Source: a virus
Lineage: Duplodnaviria > Caudoviricetes
IMG/VR virus record: IMGVR_UViG_3300050505_000036
Span: 1-52,231 of that record
Reading direction: 5' to 3' (one strand)
DNA length: 52,231 bases
The notes under the pieces were generated by a model. It was not told the origin of the DNA. It was given only the letters and a program-made list of their open reading frames with translations, and did not search any database. Within the stretch, counting starts at the first letter, position 1, and each line of letters begins with the position of its first letter. The translations under genes were made by a program, and so were the position numbers. Shown here piece after piece: positions 17,716-26,970 of the stretch.

Positions 17716-17990
17716 CGAGGCCCAGCCTAACCCAGCCTAACCCGCTGGACCACGATTATCGGCACGTATCCCGTTGTGCAACTCGACTCCGGGGAATCCT
17801 GTTTCGTGATGGACTTTGCGAACTGGCGCAAGATTGGCATCGACCGATCATGGACGCCAAAGTCGTGGACCCCGAAGCCAGCCGCGCGGTAGAATAACCG
17901 CAGTGACAGGACGCCCACCGGGTACGAACGTCGAGGCCCAGCCTAACCGCTGGGCTTTGGCGTTGAATGGGGCTGCTCAGGGCTGCTCCG
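17716..17990. repeat. Duplicated CGAGGCCCAGCCTAACC(C)GCTGG hairpin element and 10-bp tandems
   Basis: Copies at 17716-17748 and 17932-17954 at the convergent operon junction. Confidence 0.6.
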
Positions 17991-18015
17991 GCAGTGCTGT
18001 TGGTCGCCGGCCATG

Positions 18016-18672
18016 TCAGTTGAGATACAGCGCATCGCCCAACTGCACGTAGCCTGTCGAGTCCCGGTCATTGGCCACGACAATCCACCCGTCACCAAAC
18101 CAGACGCACCACCAGGCCGTTGCCGTTTCGTCGCCGCTCAGGCCGGGCGCGTCCCAGCCGGTGTCGTTGCCGGTGCTCGTGAGAATGTTATCCGTCGCCG
18201 GATCAACCATGATGCTGTTGACCATCTCTTGCACGCAGTAGGCGCGGTCTGGCGTCGTGAGTTGGCCCAGCGGTTTGAACCCGTAATAGGTTGGCCAGAT
18301 CAACCAACTGCCGGGCTTCGGGCCCCAGGTTTGATCGCCGTCTGCCCATGACTGGATTGTTGTGGAGTCCGCCGCCACCCAGTATGGCCCAAACGTGCCG
18401 GATCCGTAGCCGTCGATTGCGATCGGGCTGGGGCTGTTGATCAGGTAGAGACGGCGGAAACCACCTGCCACGGTTCCGGCCCGCGGCTTGCCGACTCGGA
18501 TCACCACCTGCCCTTCGCGAGTAGTCGTCGCTTGCCCCGTCTCCGTGCTGGGCGTTGCCTCGGTGCCGTCGCCGGCAATTCGCATGCACGCGAAGGCCGG
18601 GATTTCCTCACCGGACACGTTGACCACTGGGAACCAGCGAATCGAGGATAGCGGGTCGGTGGGTATGAACAT
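18016..18672 (-). CDS. Putative tail tip/spike-associated protein
   Basis: Last gene of tail operon; beta-rich. Confidence 0.55.
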   Translation of the reverse strand: MFIPTDPLSSIRWFPVVNVSGEEIPAFACMRIAGDGTEATPSTETGQATTTREGQVVIRVGKPRAGTVAGGFRRLYLINSPSPIAIDGYGSGTFGPYWVAADSTTIQSWADGDQTWGPKPGSWLIWPTYYGFKPLGQLTTPDRAYCVQEMVNSIMVDPATDNILTSTGNDTGWDAPGLSGDETATAWWCVWFGDGWIVVANDRDSTGYVQLGDALYLN

Positions 18673-18675
18673 GCT

Positions 18676-20439
18676 CTACAATCCTGCAATTAGCTTGGTA
18701 GCGATTTCGAATTGGTTGCGCAGTACAGCCCGTTCTAGTTCAGCTTTCTGCTTTTCCAAAAACCGCTTCTCTCGGAATGAAACGGCGTACCGTGCGTGCT
18801 CGGTGTTGCGGCTGGCGGTCGTTCGCATTCCGCTTTCCAAGTCCAGCGAGTAGCTCACCTGCATGACCGCCCCGTCGATCTCGACTCGTTGCAAGCCAGC
18901 GTATCGGATCGTCTGCGGGTTGGCAGTCTCGTACTCACGCTCGGCAGCGTCGGCATAGTGCATGCACTCCTTGCGAACGTCCTCCACATTGGAAGTCACC
19001 TTGTCGACGTCGAAGGCGGTCGTTGGTTTGTACTGCGCGATGGTCCGCGGGACTATCTCGTCATGCCGAAGAACGCGGGCCTTTGTTTTGAACGAGCCAT
19101 CCTCTTCGCTGCCCTTGATTGCTTCCACGCGTAGCGGCATGTTGGTCTTTGCGTCCCGCAACGTGACAGCGGTTCGCAGACGAAGAACGGCCGCCAGATA
19201 AGTTCCAGTGGCGGACTGCTTGAACATATAATCGCTGAATCGAACGATGCCGCGTTCCGAATCGAGGGACCATTTTTCCTGCGGGACAATGGCCTGCTTT
19301 AGATAGTTCGTCAGACCGTTGGCGGCCGCTTCGGTTTCGTCCAGCGGCAGCGGGTACATCGTGGCCGCACTGTGTACATCTTCGGCCCATTCCGCGTCCC
19401 ACGGCAAAGCATAGATGCCGTATACCTGCGCCGGTCGGTCAATGCGTTCCTCGGGATGCTCGGCTGCGATTTCTCCCACGACAATGCCGGGAGCAATCTG
19501 GCGGACCTGAGTTGTTCCGATCGGCAGAATGCGGTCCAGCTTATCGAGGGGCGCACGGTTCTCAGCCGTCTCTTTTTCCAGCCCATGAATCGTCAATGGC
19601 ACCTTGATGCGATACCAGCGAAACACCGTGGCCTTGGCCAAGTCCCGGCACTTCGTGTCAGACACGTTCTGAAAATGTGGCAGGTCGATCGTTGACCAGC
19701 CGCCAGCGGGTTTATACGACAGGTCATCGATCTTTTTAATCTTGCCATCGGTATCGAGCCCGACAGCCTCAAGTTCAAAATCCTGCTGAAATCGCCGCGG
19801 GCCGGTGACGACCGCAAAGGCGTCGGGCTTCTCTGGCGGGTCAATGCCGCCACTCTCATCAATGATCGTGTTGTTGCGTGGAAGGTCCGCTCCGTCGCCC
19901 TTCTTACGGATCGCAACTTGGTTGTCGAGTTGCAGCACAACGTAGCAGCCCAGCGATTCCGCCAGCGATGCCAGGGCCTGCGCGGGGTTGGTCGAGTCCC
20001 AATTTACTTCCGGCCGTGCGTCGTCCGGCATCTCGTTGACCGCGAACTCTGCCTCTCCCATCGCAATGCGGCAGAAATCCGCCAGTTCGCTCGGCTTCTT
20101 TTCGAAGTCCTTGTCGATGGTGAAATCCGGTTGACGGTGGTTGTACCAGCCTGACACGCGGCCAAACGACCATTTCCATCGGCGGTCCTGAATGGACAGC
20201 GAGAGCAGTAGTCCCCCCGGTCCGCGCGTCGCTGTGCCGGCCACAATCCGGCAATCGTGAAAGGTAATCGTCTCGCCGGCAAATGAGAATTCCAAATCGC
20301 CGCCGGCAGCCGGATAGCCGATCTGCGGCACCATTTGGATGGTCGCGGAGCTTGGCGAAATGCCCGGCCCGAAGTTGATTGCGGCCGCCAGGATTTGCTG
20401 AATACCGGGGAACGTGACAGTGCCTTTAAGGTCCGCCAT
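18676..20439 (-). CDS. Putative baseplate hub/tail tip protein
   Basis: Position; AQALASLAESLGCYVV hub-like segment; start at ATG 20439. Confidence 0.6.
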   Translation of the reverse strand: MADLKGTVTFPGIQQILAAAINFGPGISPSSATIQMVPQIGYPAAGGDLEFSFAGETITFHDCRIVAGTATRGPGGLLLSLSIQDRRWKWSFGRVSGWYNHRQPDFTIDKDFEKKPSELADFCRIAMGEAEFAVNEMPDDARPEVNWDSTNPAQALASLAESLGCYVVLQLDNQVAIRKKGDGADLPRNNTIIDESGGIDPPEKPDAFAVVTGPRRFQQDFELEAVGLDTDGKIKKIDDLSYKPAGGWSTIDLPHFQNVSDTKCRDLAKATVFRWYRIKVPLTIHGLEKETAENRAPLDKLDRILPIGTTQVRQIAPGIVVGEIAAEHPEERIDRPAQVYGIYALPWDAEWAEDVHSAATMYPLPLDETEAAANGLTNYLKQAIVPQEKWSLDSERGIVRFSDYMFKQSATGTYLAAVLRLRTAVTLRDAKTNMPLRVEAIKGSEEDGSFKTKARVLRHDEIVPRTIAQYKPTTAFDVDKVTSNVEDVRKECMHYADAAEREYETANPQTIRYAGLQRVEIDGAVMQVSYSLDLESGMRTTASRNTEHARYAVSFREKRFLEKQKAELERAVLRNQFEIATKLIAGL

Positions 20440-20461
20440 GGATTTACCCTCGATTCCATGG

Positions 20462-20542
20462 TAAATTAAGCGAGCCGAACAGACGCGGAAACGTCTGCCG
20501 GCTCTGGCCACAAAGCAACTCTAACAGGAGAGTCACGTCATG
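20462..20542 (+). promoter_or_regulatory. -10 box plus two-hairpin leader of HNH gene
   Basis: TAAATT; GAGCCG..CAGACG-CGGAAA-CGTCTG.CGGCTC; ACTCT/AGAGT hairpin over the RBS. Confidence 0.6.
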
Positions 20543-21229
20543 GTTGAGAGCCATCCTATCCCAACGCACGCCGGGTTCAAGAATTTGACTGGCAAAGTTT
20601 TTGAGCGATTGACTGTCGTCAGCTTCTCGCACTCGACAGGGCAGAAGAGCTATTGGAACTGCGTCTGCAAGTGTGGAAAAACAAAGACAGTTCGTACCGA
20701 TAATCTGCAAAGAGGAATCACTCGCAGTTGTGGGTGCCTTCATCTGGAGTCCGTTACGCGAAATGGGCTGTCCCTCGCAACGCATGGTCATACTCGCGGG
20801 AAGCATCCGTCCGCAGAATACGAGGCGTGGGGAAACATGATTGGTCGCTGCTCCGGAAATCGCCGAAGGGACAGTGCCAACTACAAGGATCGTGGCATTA
20901 CCGTGTGTCAGCGATGGCTGGATTCGTTTGAGAACTTCTTGGCCGACATGGGTCCGCGCCCCAGTAAGGGGTATACCATCGAGAGGAAAAACAACGAGGG
21001 CAACTACACCACAGAGAATTGCGAATGGGCAACACGGACAACTCAAAATCGAAATAAGCGATCGAACCATTGGCTTACATTCAATGGGAGAACAATGCTT
21101 TTGATTGATTGGGCAAGGGAACTTAGGATGTCAAGGGTGACGCTCATTCGTCGACTTGAGCGCGGTTGGTCTGTCGAAAAAACTCTCACAACGCCGCCGA
21201 TTAAGGGCCAGCAGTCACGGCCAATTTGA
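20540..21229 (+). CDS. HNH-like homing endonuclease, antisense to tail operon
   Basis: WNCVCKCG, SCGC, RGITVCQRW..FENFLADMG, IERKNNEGNY..NCEWAT; C-terminal WARE..RL..GWS domain. Confidence 0.85.
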   Translation: MVESHPIPTHAGFKNLTGKVFERLTVVSFSHSTGQKSYWNCVCKCGKTKTVRTDNLQRGITRSCGCLHLESVTRNGLSLATHGHTRGKHPSAEYEAWGNMIGRCSGNRRRDSANYKDRGITVCQRWLDSFENFLADMGPRPSKGYTIERKNNEGNYTTENCEWATRTTQNRNKRSNHWLTFNGRTMLLIDWARELRMSRVTLIRRLERGWSVEKTLTTPPIKGQQSRPI

Positions 21230-22508
21230 TATGCAGTCCAAGGTTCAACGTCACCTCTGGAATTGAACAGCGGTTGAGGACAACAGGATTTGTGAACGTC
21301 ACAATCCGATTTGGGTCGAGGAGCGTTGCCCCAGAAAATAGATTGCAAGTGGTAACGGTTTTGGACCGCATATCACGAGCAAACGTCAGCGTCCCCTTCG
21401 CAACATTGGCAGTCGTGCACGTTCCGGTAGAGTCATAGTTTAACGTTCCGGAGTCCACGTTGAGCGTCGTTACAGCGCCAGCACCATGCGTCCACGTTCC
21501 TCCCGTTTGGGTGCCAGTTGTAAATGCACACCGCGTTTCGAGATTCCCACCGGCCTTGACTACGGTGCCAAGCGTGACACCAAGTCCGCAACGGACCTTG
21601 GCATCTCCCAGGACATCGACCAGGTAACCGACGTTGAGCGTTAGCACGGTCGCGACTTCTCCAGACAGGACCGCAATTCCAACCGATCCGCGATTGACGT
21701 TGACCGCATTACTCGCATGCGTGCCGATGAAGAGAAACGATTCCACGCCCGTCTCGGCTGGTTGGCCAGTCTGATACACGTTGACCAGCGTTTGTACGCT
21801 GCCGGTATTGATCTTGATCCGGCCGGAACCTTGGCCTGGCCCCAAGCCGATGTTGATGGTCGTCGCGCCGATCGCCAAGTAAGTCGAGCGATATTCAAAG
21901 TAGGACGTTGTGCTGCCGACAGTTCCATTCAAGGCCGGCAGGCCGATTTTGCCAGTATAGCTGGCCATGACTGATAGGCTGGTCAGCGTGACGGCCGACT
22001 GTGCGAAGCCGTAGAGAATATCGACCGACGAATTCTCAATGATCACGTCGTCACTGTTGACCGGGACAGCCCCTCCCGACCAGTTGGCCGCCACACTCCA
22101 GTCATTCGGCCCGCTGTTGGCCGTGGTCGCGTTGCCGGCCGAACCGCTGGCGGTAAGTGTGCTAGTTGCAACCCCGTCGATCGTCTGGGCGTCCGCGTCC
22201 GCTCCGTTGGCCTCGCTGGAATAGGCGGTAGCTGAGAACGCCACGCCATCAGTGTCAGCAGTTCCCAATAGCGTGGAACTGGATCTGCTCCAGGTGATTT
22301 CTGCAAACTCGGGATACGTCGAAGCGTTCAGTGCCGTCACGAGGGTATCGATCAGCGTGGCAATGACCGTTGAGCCAGTTGTCACCCTGACCATTTTGGT
22401 TCCGATCTTCACCCACACGAGGTCATCGTTTTCCCACGTTCCTGCGAAAACCCAGGCTTGAACCTGTTTGACCTTCGGCGCATCGCCCCGCCATTTCACA
22501 GTTGCCAT
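21201..22508 (-). CDS. Tail-associated beta-solenoid protein
   Basis: NDWSVAANWSGGAVP motif; T/G/V-rich. Confidence 0.65.
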   Translation of the reverse strand: MATVKWRGDAPKVKQVQAWVFAGTWENDDLVWVKIGTKMVRVTTGSTVIATLIDTLVTALNASTYPEFAEITWSRSSSTLLGTADTDGVAFSATAYSSEANGADADAQTIDGVATSTLTASGSAGNATTANSGPNDWSVAANWSGGAVPVNSDDVIIENSSVDILYGFAQSAVTLTSLSVMASYTGKIGLPALNGTVGSTTSYFEYRSTYLAIGATTINIGLGPGQGSGRIKINTGSVQTLVNVYQTGQPAETGVESFLFIGTHASNAVNVNRGSVGIAVLSGEVATVLTLNVGYLVDVLGDAKVRCGLGVTLGTVVKAGGNLETRCAFTTGTQTGGTWTHGAGAVTTLNVDSGTLNYDSTGTCTTANVAKGTLTFARDMRSKTVTTCNLFSGATLLDPNRIVTFTNPVVLNRCSIPEVTLNLGLHIKLAVTAGP

Positions 22509-22520
22509 TGCTCATATCCT

Positions 22521-23240
22521 CTACGGCTTAAATCTCGGTTGTCCGAATAGCTCGGTGATTGATTCGAATTCGTAGGACCATGACACGCCCCAGGATCGAC
22601 CGGCCTCAGGACTTGCTACGGGGCCCGCCAATACAATCCGCCGTCTGTCGCGGTGCTCGTGCTCGGGAAAGAGCGGTGAGCCAGGCTCAGGCCACGTTAG
22701 AACGCCAGTGGCAGACCCTGACTGTTGGGCGTAGAACGGGGTCATGTCGGCGGTCTGCTGACGTTGCGGGGGGCCGTTGAGCGTCTGAATGAGGATCCAC
22801 CTTGGCCCGCCTCCAAACATGGCAATTACTTCATCAAACTGCGTCAGGCCACCAGCATTGTTGAACCCGTAGGACGCCTCAAGCGTGATTTCGTAGGTTC
22901 GGAAAGTCGAGTATTCCGCCCCGACTCCGTTGGGATAGTTCGGCCCGTCCTTGACCTTGACGCCGCCGAAGCTGGGACCGTCGAGCAGCTTGTGGGCCGT
23001 AGCGGTAATGCCGTCGTCCAGGTAGAGAATCGCGTCTTTGCCTTCGCTGGAATACGCCGCCTCGAGGGCCGCGATGGCCGTCGTAATGTCGGCCTGAGTA
23101 TCGGCCTGAAGGATCCCGCGAATCGTCCAGGTCGTATGGTAGCCGTAAATGATCCCGTACTGGTCACGCAGAGAACCGCGGGACATGACGATGCCCACCT
23201 CGTTGTTGGCGTGCGCGTACTGGCCAAACTTCAGGATCAC
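22521..23240 (-). CDS. Putative distal tail protein
   Basis: Directly after tape measure; AIAALEAAY pattern. Confidence 0.55.
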   Translation of the reverse strand: MILKFGQYAHANNEVGIVMSRGSLRDQYGIIYGYHTTWTIRGILQADTQADITTAIAALEAAYSSEGKDAILYLDDGITATAHKLLDGPSFGGVKVKDGPNYPNGVGAEYSTFRTYEITLEASYGFNNAGGLTQFDEVIAMFGGGPRWILIQTLNGPPQRQQTADMTPFYAQQSGSATGVLTWPEPGSPLFPEHEHRDRRRIVLAGPVASPEAGRSWGVSWSYEFESITELFGQPRFKP

Positions 23241-24595
23241 TGGATGAGCCCATCCCTCTCGGCTTGACGCAGGCCGGCCGCTAGTTCACGCTTGAGCAGT
23301 TCGGTAATGAAGTCCGTCCGAACCTTGTCGAGCAGTTTTTCAAACCGTGCGTCAATCGCATCGACCATGGCGGCTATGGTCTTTTCGTTTGACTTCTCAG
23401 CAGCGGCACCGCGGTTGGCCACTTGGTCGCGAAAGCTGGCGGCGCGGTTGACGTCGCCCAATGCTTCGGTCTCTTCGTCGGCAAACCCTCGGAAGATGCC
23501 GCCAAGACCATTGCGATTGACAAGGGCCTCGCGGGAGCGGTTGAACGCTTCGCGGTTGCGCCGACCGAACACGCCTTCTCCGAACTCGATTTCCTGCTGT
23601 GTCAGGTTTTGACCGGACTGAAGCTTAGCCTCGATTGCTTTGAACCTGGCGGCCTCTGCAGGACTGGCCGACGCGAACCGCTCCAGAGCCGTTTGTTTCT
23701 GGGCTCGCGTCTCAGCCAGTCGGGCCCGTTCCTGATCTAGCAACGTTCGGGCAGCCGACAGTTCCCGCTCGGTACTCTCGCGGATAAGCTGCGAGCGCTG
23801 CTTGAGAATTTCCAGCCGCTCCATTTCCTGATCTTTGACAACGCGGTATTTTCCTTCCCCTGTTTGCGACAGTCCCATCGAATTGTCTGCCAGGGATTGG
23901 CTATTGCCCGCCAACGTCGATGCGTAATAGCTCCCCTGGGATGCGCCAAACGCTGATCGCTGTTGATTGATGCCTGCTATGCCGGCTTGCATCCGCTGCG
24001 AAGCACCCAACCTGAAATCGCTCTCGGCAGCGCTTGCCGCCCATGTTCGCTCGTCTCTAGCCTGGGCTGCCGCCAGTGTGCCACCGGCGATTGCCAGTGG
24101 GATAGCCGCTAACCCAAGGCCGACACCCGCTCCTTTGATTCCGGCAAACTTTGCGATCTGTCCGCCAACGCCCATAACGCCGCGGCCGATACTCACTGCC
24201 CCTTCAATCTGCACGATTGTTTGTAGGAGTTTTTCCGCATTCGCATTAGTGGAGGCGAACGACAGGGCGGCTCCACGCATCACGTCGAGGATCGACATCC
24301 CCATACGGATGGCGGCTTTCTCGGTCTTTTCGTAGCTTCGCTGGACGGTCGTATGCCCGCTGACGGTCGTTGTGACGTGCCGCTTTTCGGCCTCCATCCG
24401 CTCGTTGGTCCGGCCCAGTTCTCGGCGGTGAACCTCCACCGCCTGCTTGTCGCGGGCCGACGCCGAGTCCATGGCAATCTTGTCGATCTGCTTTTGCGCA
24501 GCCGCATACTGGTCCCCAAACCGCTTCAACTCGGCAGCGTTGCCGGGGTGCTGCATGTGTCGCAGCATGAATCGGACTTCGCGGTCGTTGTCCAT
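23237..24595 (-). CDS. Tape measure protein (short, 452 aa)
   Basis: Ala-rich helical protein with hydrophobic Gly-rich segment, after chaperones. Confidence 0.7.
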   Translation of the reverse strand: MDNDREVRFMLRHMQHPGNAAELKRFGDQYAAAQKQIDKIAMDSASARDKQAVEVHRRELGRTNERMEAEKRHVTTTVSGHTTVQRSYEKTEKAAIRMGMSILDVMRGAALSFASTNANAEKLLQTIVQIEGAVSIGRGVMGVGGQIAKFAGIKGAGVGLGLAAIPLAIAGGTLAAAQARDERTWAASAAESDFRLGASQRMQAGIAGINQQRSAFGASQGSYYASTLAGNSQSLADNSMGLSQTGEGKYRVVKDQEMERLEILKQRSQLIRESTERELSAARTLLDQERARLAETRAQKQTALERFASASPAEAARFKAIEAKLQSGQNLTQQEIEFGEGVFGRRNREAFNRSREALVNRNGLGGIFRGFADEETEALGDVNRAASFRDQVANRGAAAEKSNEKTIAAMVDAIDARFEKLLDKVRTDFITELLKRELAAGLRQAERDGLIQ

Positions 24596-24954
24596 TACTG
24601 ACTACGCTCCCACTGACTGACAATCCGCTCGATGATCCCCAGATTTCGCATTAACACCCCGTCATTCACTGCCCGCTCGGCCAGGCATCGCCCGAACGTG
24701 GCCCGGACTCGGTAGAAGTATTCAACGGCTCGTATGTTCTTCTCGGATAATTCCGTTTCCGCAGCCCTCTCGTGACTCTTTTTGGGACAGGTTTCGCAAG
24801 GCGTGACGAATGGCGGTGCTCGCAACTGCGGTTTCTTCGGGTCGCCGCGTTCACGTATCTTCCACTCCTTCGTGTATTCCCACTTTTTGCAGTTTTCGCA
24901 GGTCGGGATTTCCGGGTGGTACAGAGCAATCTGCAACCCGGCCGTTAGTTTTTT
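24595..24954 (-). CDS. Tail assembly chaperone -1 frameshift extension (gpT-like)
   Basis: Open -1 frame entered at A AAA AAC (24948-24954). Confidence 0.75.
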   Translation of the reverse strand, partial: KKLTAGLQIALYHPEIPTCENCKKWEYTKEWKIRERGDPKKPQLRAPPFVTPCETCPKKSHERAAETELSEKNIRAVEYFYRVRATFGRCLAERAVNDGVLMRNLGIIERIVSQWERSQ

Positions 24955-25292
24955 AGGTCTGCGGCCTCCCGCTGCGATCCAGCCCAGCCGCCAATGATGT
25001 CCCACAACTTATCGAACACGGCGGGCTTGAGTCGCTTGATCGTTTCGACAGTAATTGCCATGGCGGCCCCGTTCTTATCGACGATTGACCACGACTCGAT
25101 TTGCTTGACGAGGTGTTCGCGGATAACCGCATTTCGTAGCGGTGCGGTTTGAACCTTTGCGGTCTTGTCGAGGATCGTTGAACGTTCGTCGCTCGTAAGC
25201 GGCCGATAGCGAAACTCAATCGCGTTGTGCAGGCCGGGGGCCGCGGCAATGTAGCCGTCTTCGGTGTAACCGTCTTCCAGGTAGTCGAGCAT
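24945..25292 (-). CDS. Tail assembly chaperone (gpG-like)
   Basis: Position; ends CTA AAA AAC TAA; GGAGG RBS. Confidence 0.8.
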   Translation of the reverse strand: MLDYLEDGYTEDGYIAAAPGLHNAIEFRYRPLTSDERSTILDKTAKVQTAPLRNAVIREHLVKQIESWSIVDKNGAAMAITVETIKRLKPAVFDKLWDIIGGWAGSQREAADLKN

Positions 25293-25397
25293 TGCACCTC
25301 CGAATTATGCGGGTAAAATGAACGAGCCGGCGCAGTGCTCGAAACACCACGTCGGCTCTAACCATTCGCATCCTTCCAAAGAAAGGAACACGTCATG
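25292..25397 (+). promoter_or_regulatory. Promoter plus two-hairpin leader of HNH gene
   Basis: TTGCAC-16-TAAAAT; GAGCCGGCG..GTG-CTCGAAA-CAC..CGTCGGCTC; TCCTT/AAGGA hairpin over the RBS. Confidence 0.6.
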
Positions 25398-26066
25398 GCT
25401 GAGAGTAAGAATAACACGCCACTTCCTAGCGGTCGATTTCAAGACTTGACCGGGCAAACTTTCAACAGGCTTTTCGTGCTTGGCTGGGCCGGCAGAAACA
25501 AACACGGCAGACTTATGTGGAACTGCCGATGCTCTTGCGGAAATGAATTGCTCGTTTCCGGAAATGCTCTGAGCCGGAAAAATACAAAAAGCTGTGGATG
25601 CTTGAAAAATGAGATCACCGGAAATCGTCGCCGGACCCACGGATTGTCGCGGAGTCCCGAATACAAGTCTTGGTCGCAAATGATCAGTCGTTGCGAGAAC
25701 GAAAACAACCCCGACTACCAAAGCTATGGCGGTCGCGGGATTTCGATTTGCCGTGAGTGGCGCAATTCGTTCGAGCAGTTTTTGACTGACATGGGCAACA
25801 TGCCAGACAGCAGTTTTGAAATTGAACGCATGAACAATGATGGCGGATACTGTCCGACAAATTGCCGATGGGCAACCCGCAAGGAACAGACCCGCAACAA
25901 GAGAACGACGCGATGGCTTGAGCATAATGGCGAGCGCCGTAGTCTTGCTGAGTGGGCAGAGATTTATGGGATTTCTGCGCGCATGCTCTGGGCGCGATTG
26001 AATCGCGGCTGGTCTGTTGGCGCGTCGCTTTGTGGTCCGCTGGATCATTGGAGTAGACGTAAATAG
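25395..26066 (+). CDS. HNH-like homing endonuclease, paralog of 20540..21229
   Basis: WNCRCSCG, KSCGC, YGGRGISIC, IERMNNDGGY..NCRWAT. Confidence 0.85.
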   Translation: MAESKNNTPLPSGRFQDLTGQTFNRLFVLGWAGRNKHGRLMWNCRCSCGNELLVSGNALSRKNTKSCGCLKNEITGNRRRTHGLSRSPEYKSWSQMISRCENENNPDYQSYGGRGISICREWRNSFEQFLTDMGNMPDSSFEIERMNNDGGYCPTNCRWATRKEQTRNKRTTRWLEHNGERRSLAEWAEIYGISARMLWARLNRGWSVGASLCGPLDHWSRRK

Positions 26067-26067
26067 C

Positions 26068-26955
26068 TCAGGGGCTACTGTCGAGGGTTACGATAAGTTC
26101 CTTGGTCGCCCCGCTCTGCTTGGCAATGGAGTTGAGCGAGAGCAGGATTTCTCCCTTGCTTCCGACTGTCGGGGCTTCGGCTGGGGCCTGAAGATTGGCA
26201 AAGGCAAAGGTCAGCGAGTATCCGGCGTACGTCGCAACGATGGTTCCGGCTCCGCCAGTAATTGCTTGGTCGTAGAGATCCGTCTCGTCGCTGCTGTAGG
26301 GGTGCGTCGATCGCAGCGTAATCACACGGTCGGTAATCGGAATTTGCGAAACGGTAGTTGCGTTCAGGTGGCGGTCAGCAACGGCCCCATTGTCAATCGT
26401 CACCTCGAAATCAAAGACAGGCCGAACGACGGAAAGAATCGTGACGGCCCCGCTGGTGTCCGTGAGCGTGAAAGGGCCCGTAGTGCCAAGTGACAGGCTT
26501 GGGAATGTACCGGCATTTCCGATGGACTCGGTTGTACCGATGATGTTCATCGAAAGGGACATTGCCACGCCCTTACGAAAACCGAACGTGGCGGATGCGA
26601 CTTTGCATCCTTCATAGGTGAAAACCTTCGTCACGCGGTCGACAACCAGAACGAACGTCGGCAGCGTTTCCGCCAGAGCGTAGGTTGTACCGCTGGCGGC
26701 CGTTCCCAGGATTCTCGGCAACCAAATGGCCAGTTCTTCCGGGCTCGGCTCCATGACGATTGTGCCGCCAACCGAATAGGGACCGACGCGCGTTCGCTCT
26801 TTCGAATGCGACCGAGTGCCACGAATGCCGCCAGTCTCAATGATGGTGCCGCGCTTGCCGACGGATTCCGAAACGAATTCAAACCGTTGTGTAACGGTTG
26901 TCGAACTGGGGTCGGTCCCGAGTTGTGCGATTGCGCCGACTGCTGCCGTTCCCAT
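26068..26955 (-). CDS. Major tail tube protein
   Basis: Position; FEFVSES, VGGTI, FTYEGCKV, FEVTIDN tube-like motifs. Confidence 0.8.
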   Translation of the reverse strand: MGTAAVGAIAQLGTDPSSTTVTQRFEFVSESVGKRGTIIETGGIRGTRSHSKERTRVGPYSVGGTIVMEPSPEELAIWLPRILGTAASGTTYALAETLPTFVLVVDRVTKVFTYEGCKVASATFGFRKGVAMSLSMNIIGTTESIGNAGTFPSLSLGTTGPFTLTDTSGAVTILSVVRPVFDFEVTIDNGAVADRHLNATTVSQIPITDRVITLRSTHPYSSDETDLYDQAITGGAGTIVATYAGYSLTFAFANLQAPAEAPTVGSKGEILLSLNSIAKQSGATKELIVTLDSSP

Positions 26956-26970
26956 ATTGCATCCTCGATT

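Noticed and set aside
16343-17990. CRISPR or guide-RNA array from the short repeats
   Set aside because: Only 2-3 copies, no regular repeat-spacer period, and no Cas or Nop-domain gene
17716-18672. Diversity-generating retroelement or invertible fibre cassette
   Set aside because: No reverse transcriptase or invertase; no adenine-variant template copy of the tail gene end
20440-26067. HNH genes as group I intron ORFs or IscB/HEARO elements
   Set aside because: They lie between intact genes on the opposite strand, leaders are only ~80 nt, and there are no RuvC motifs or intron core
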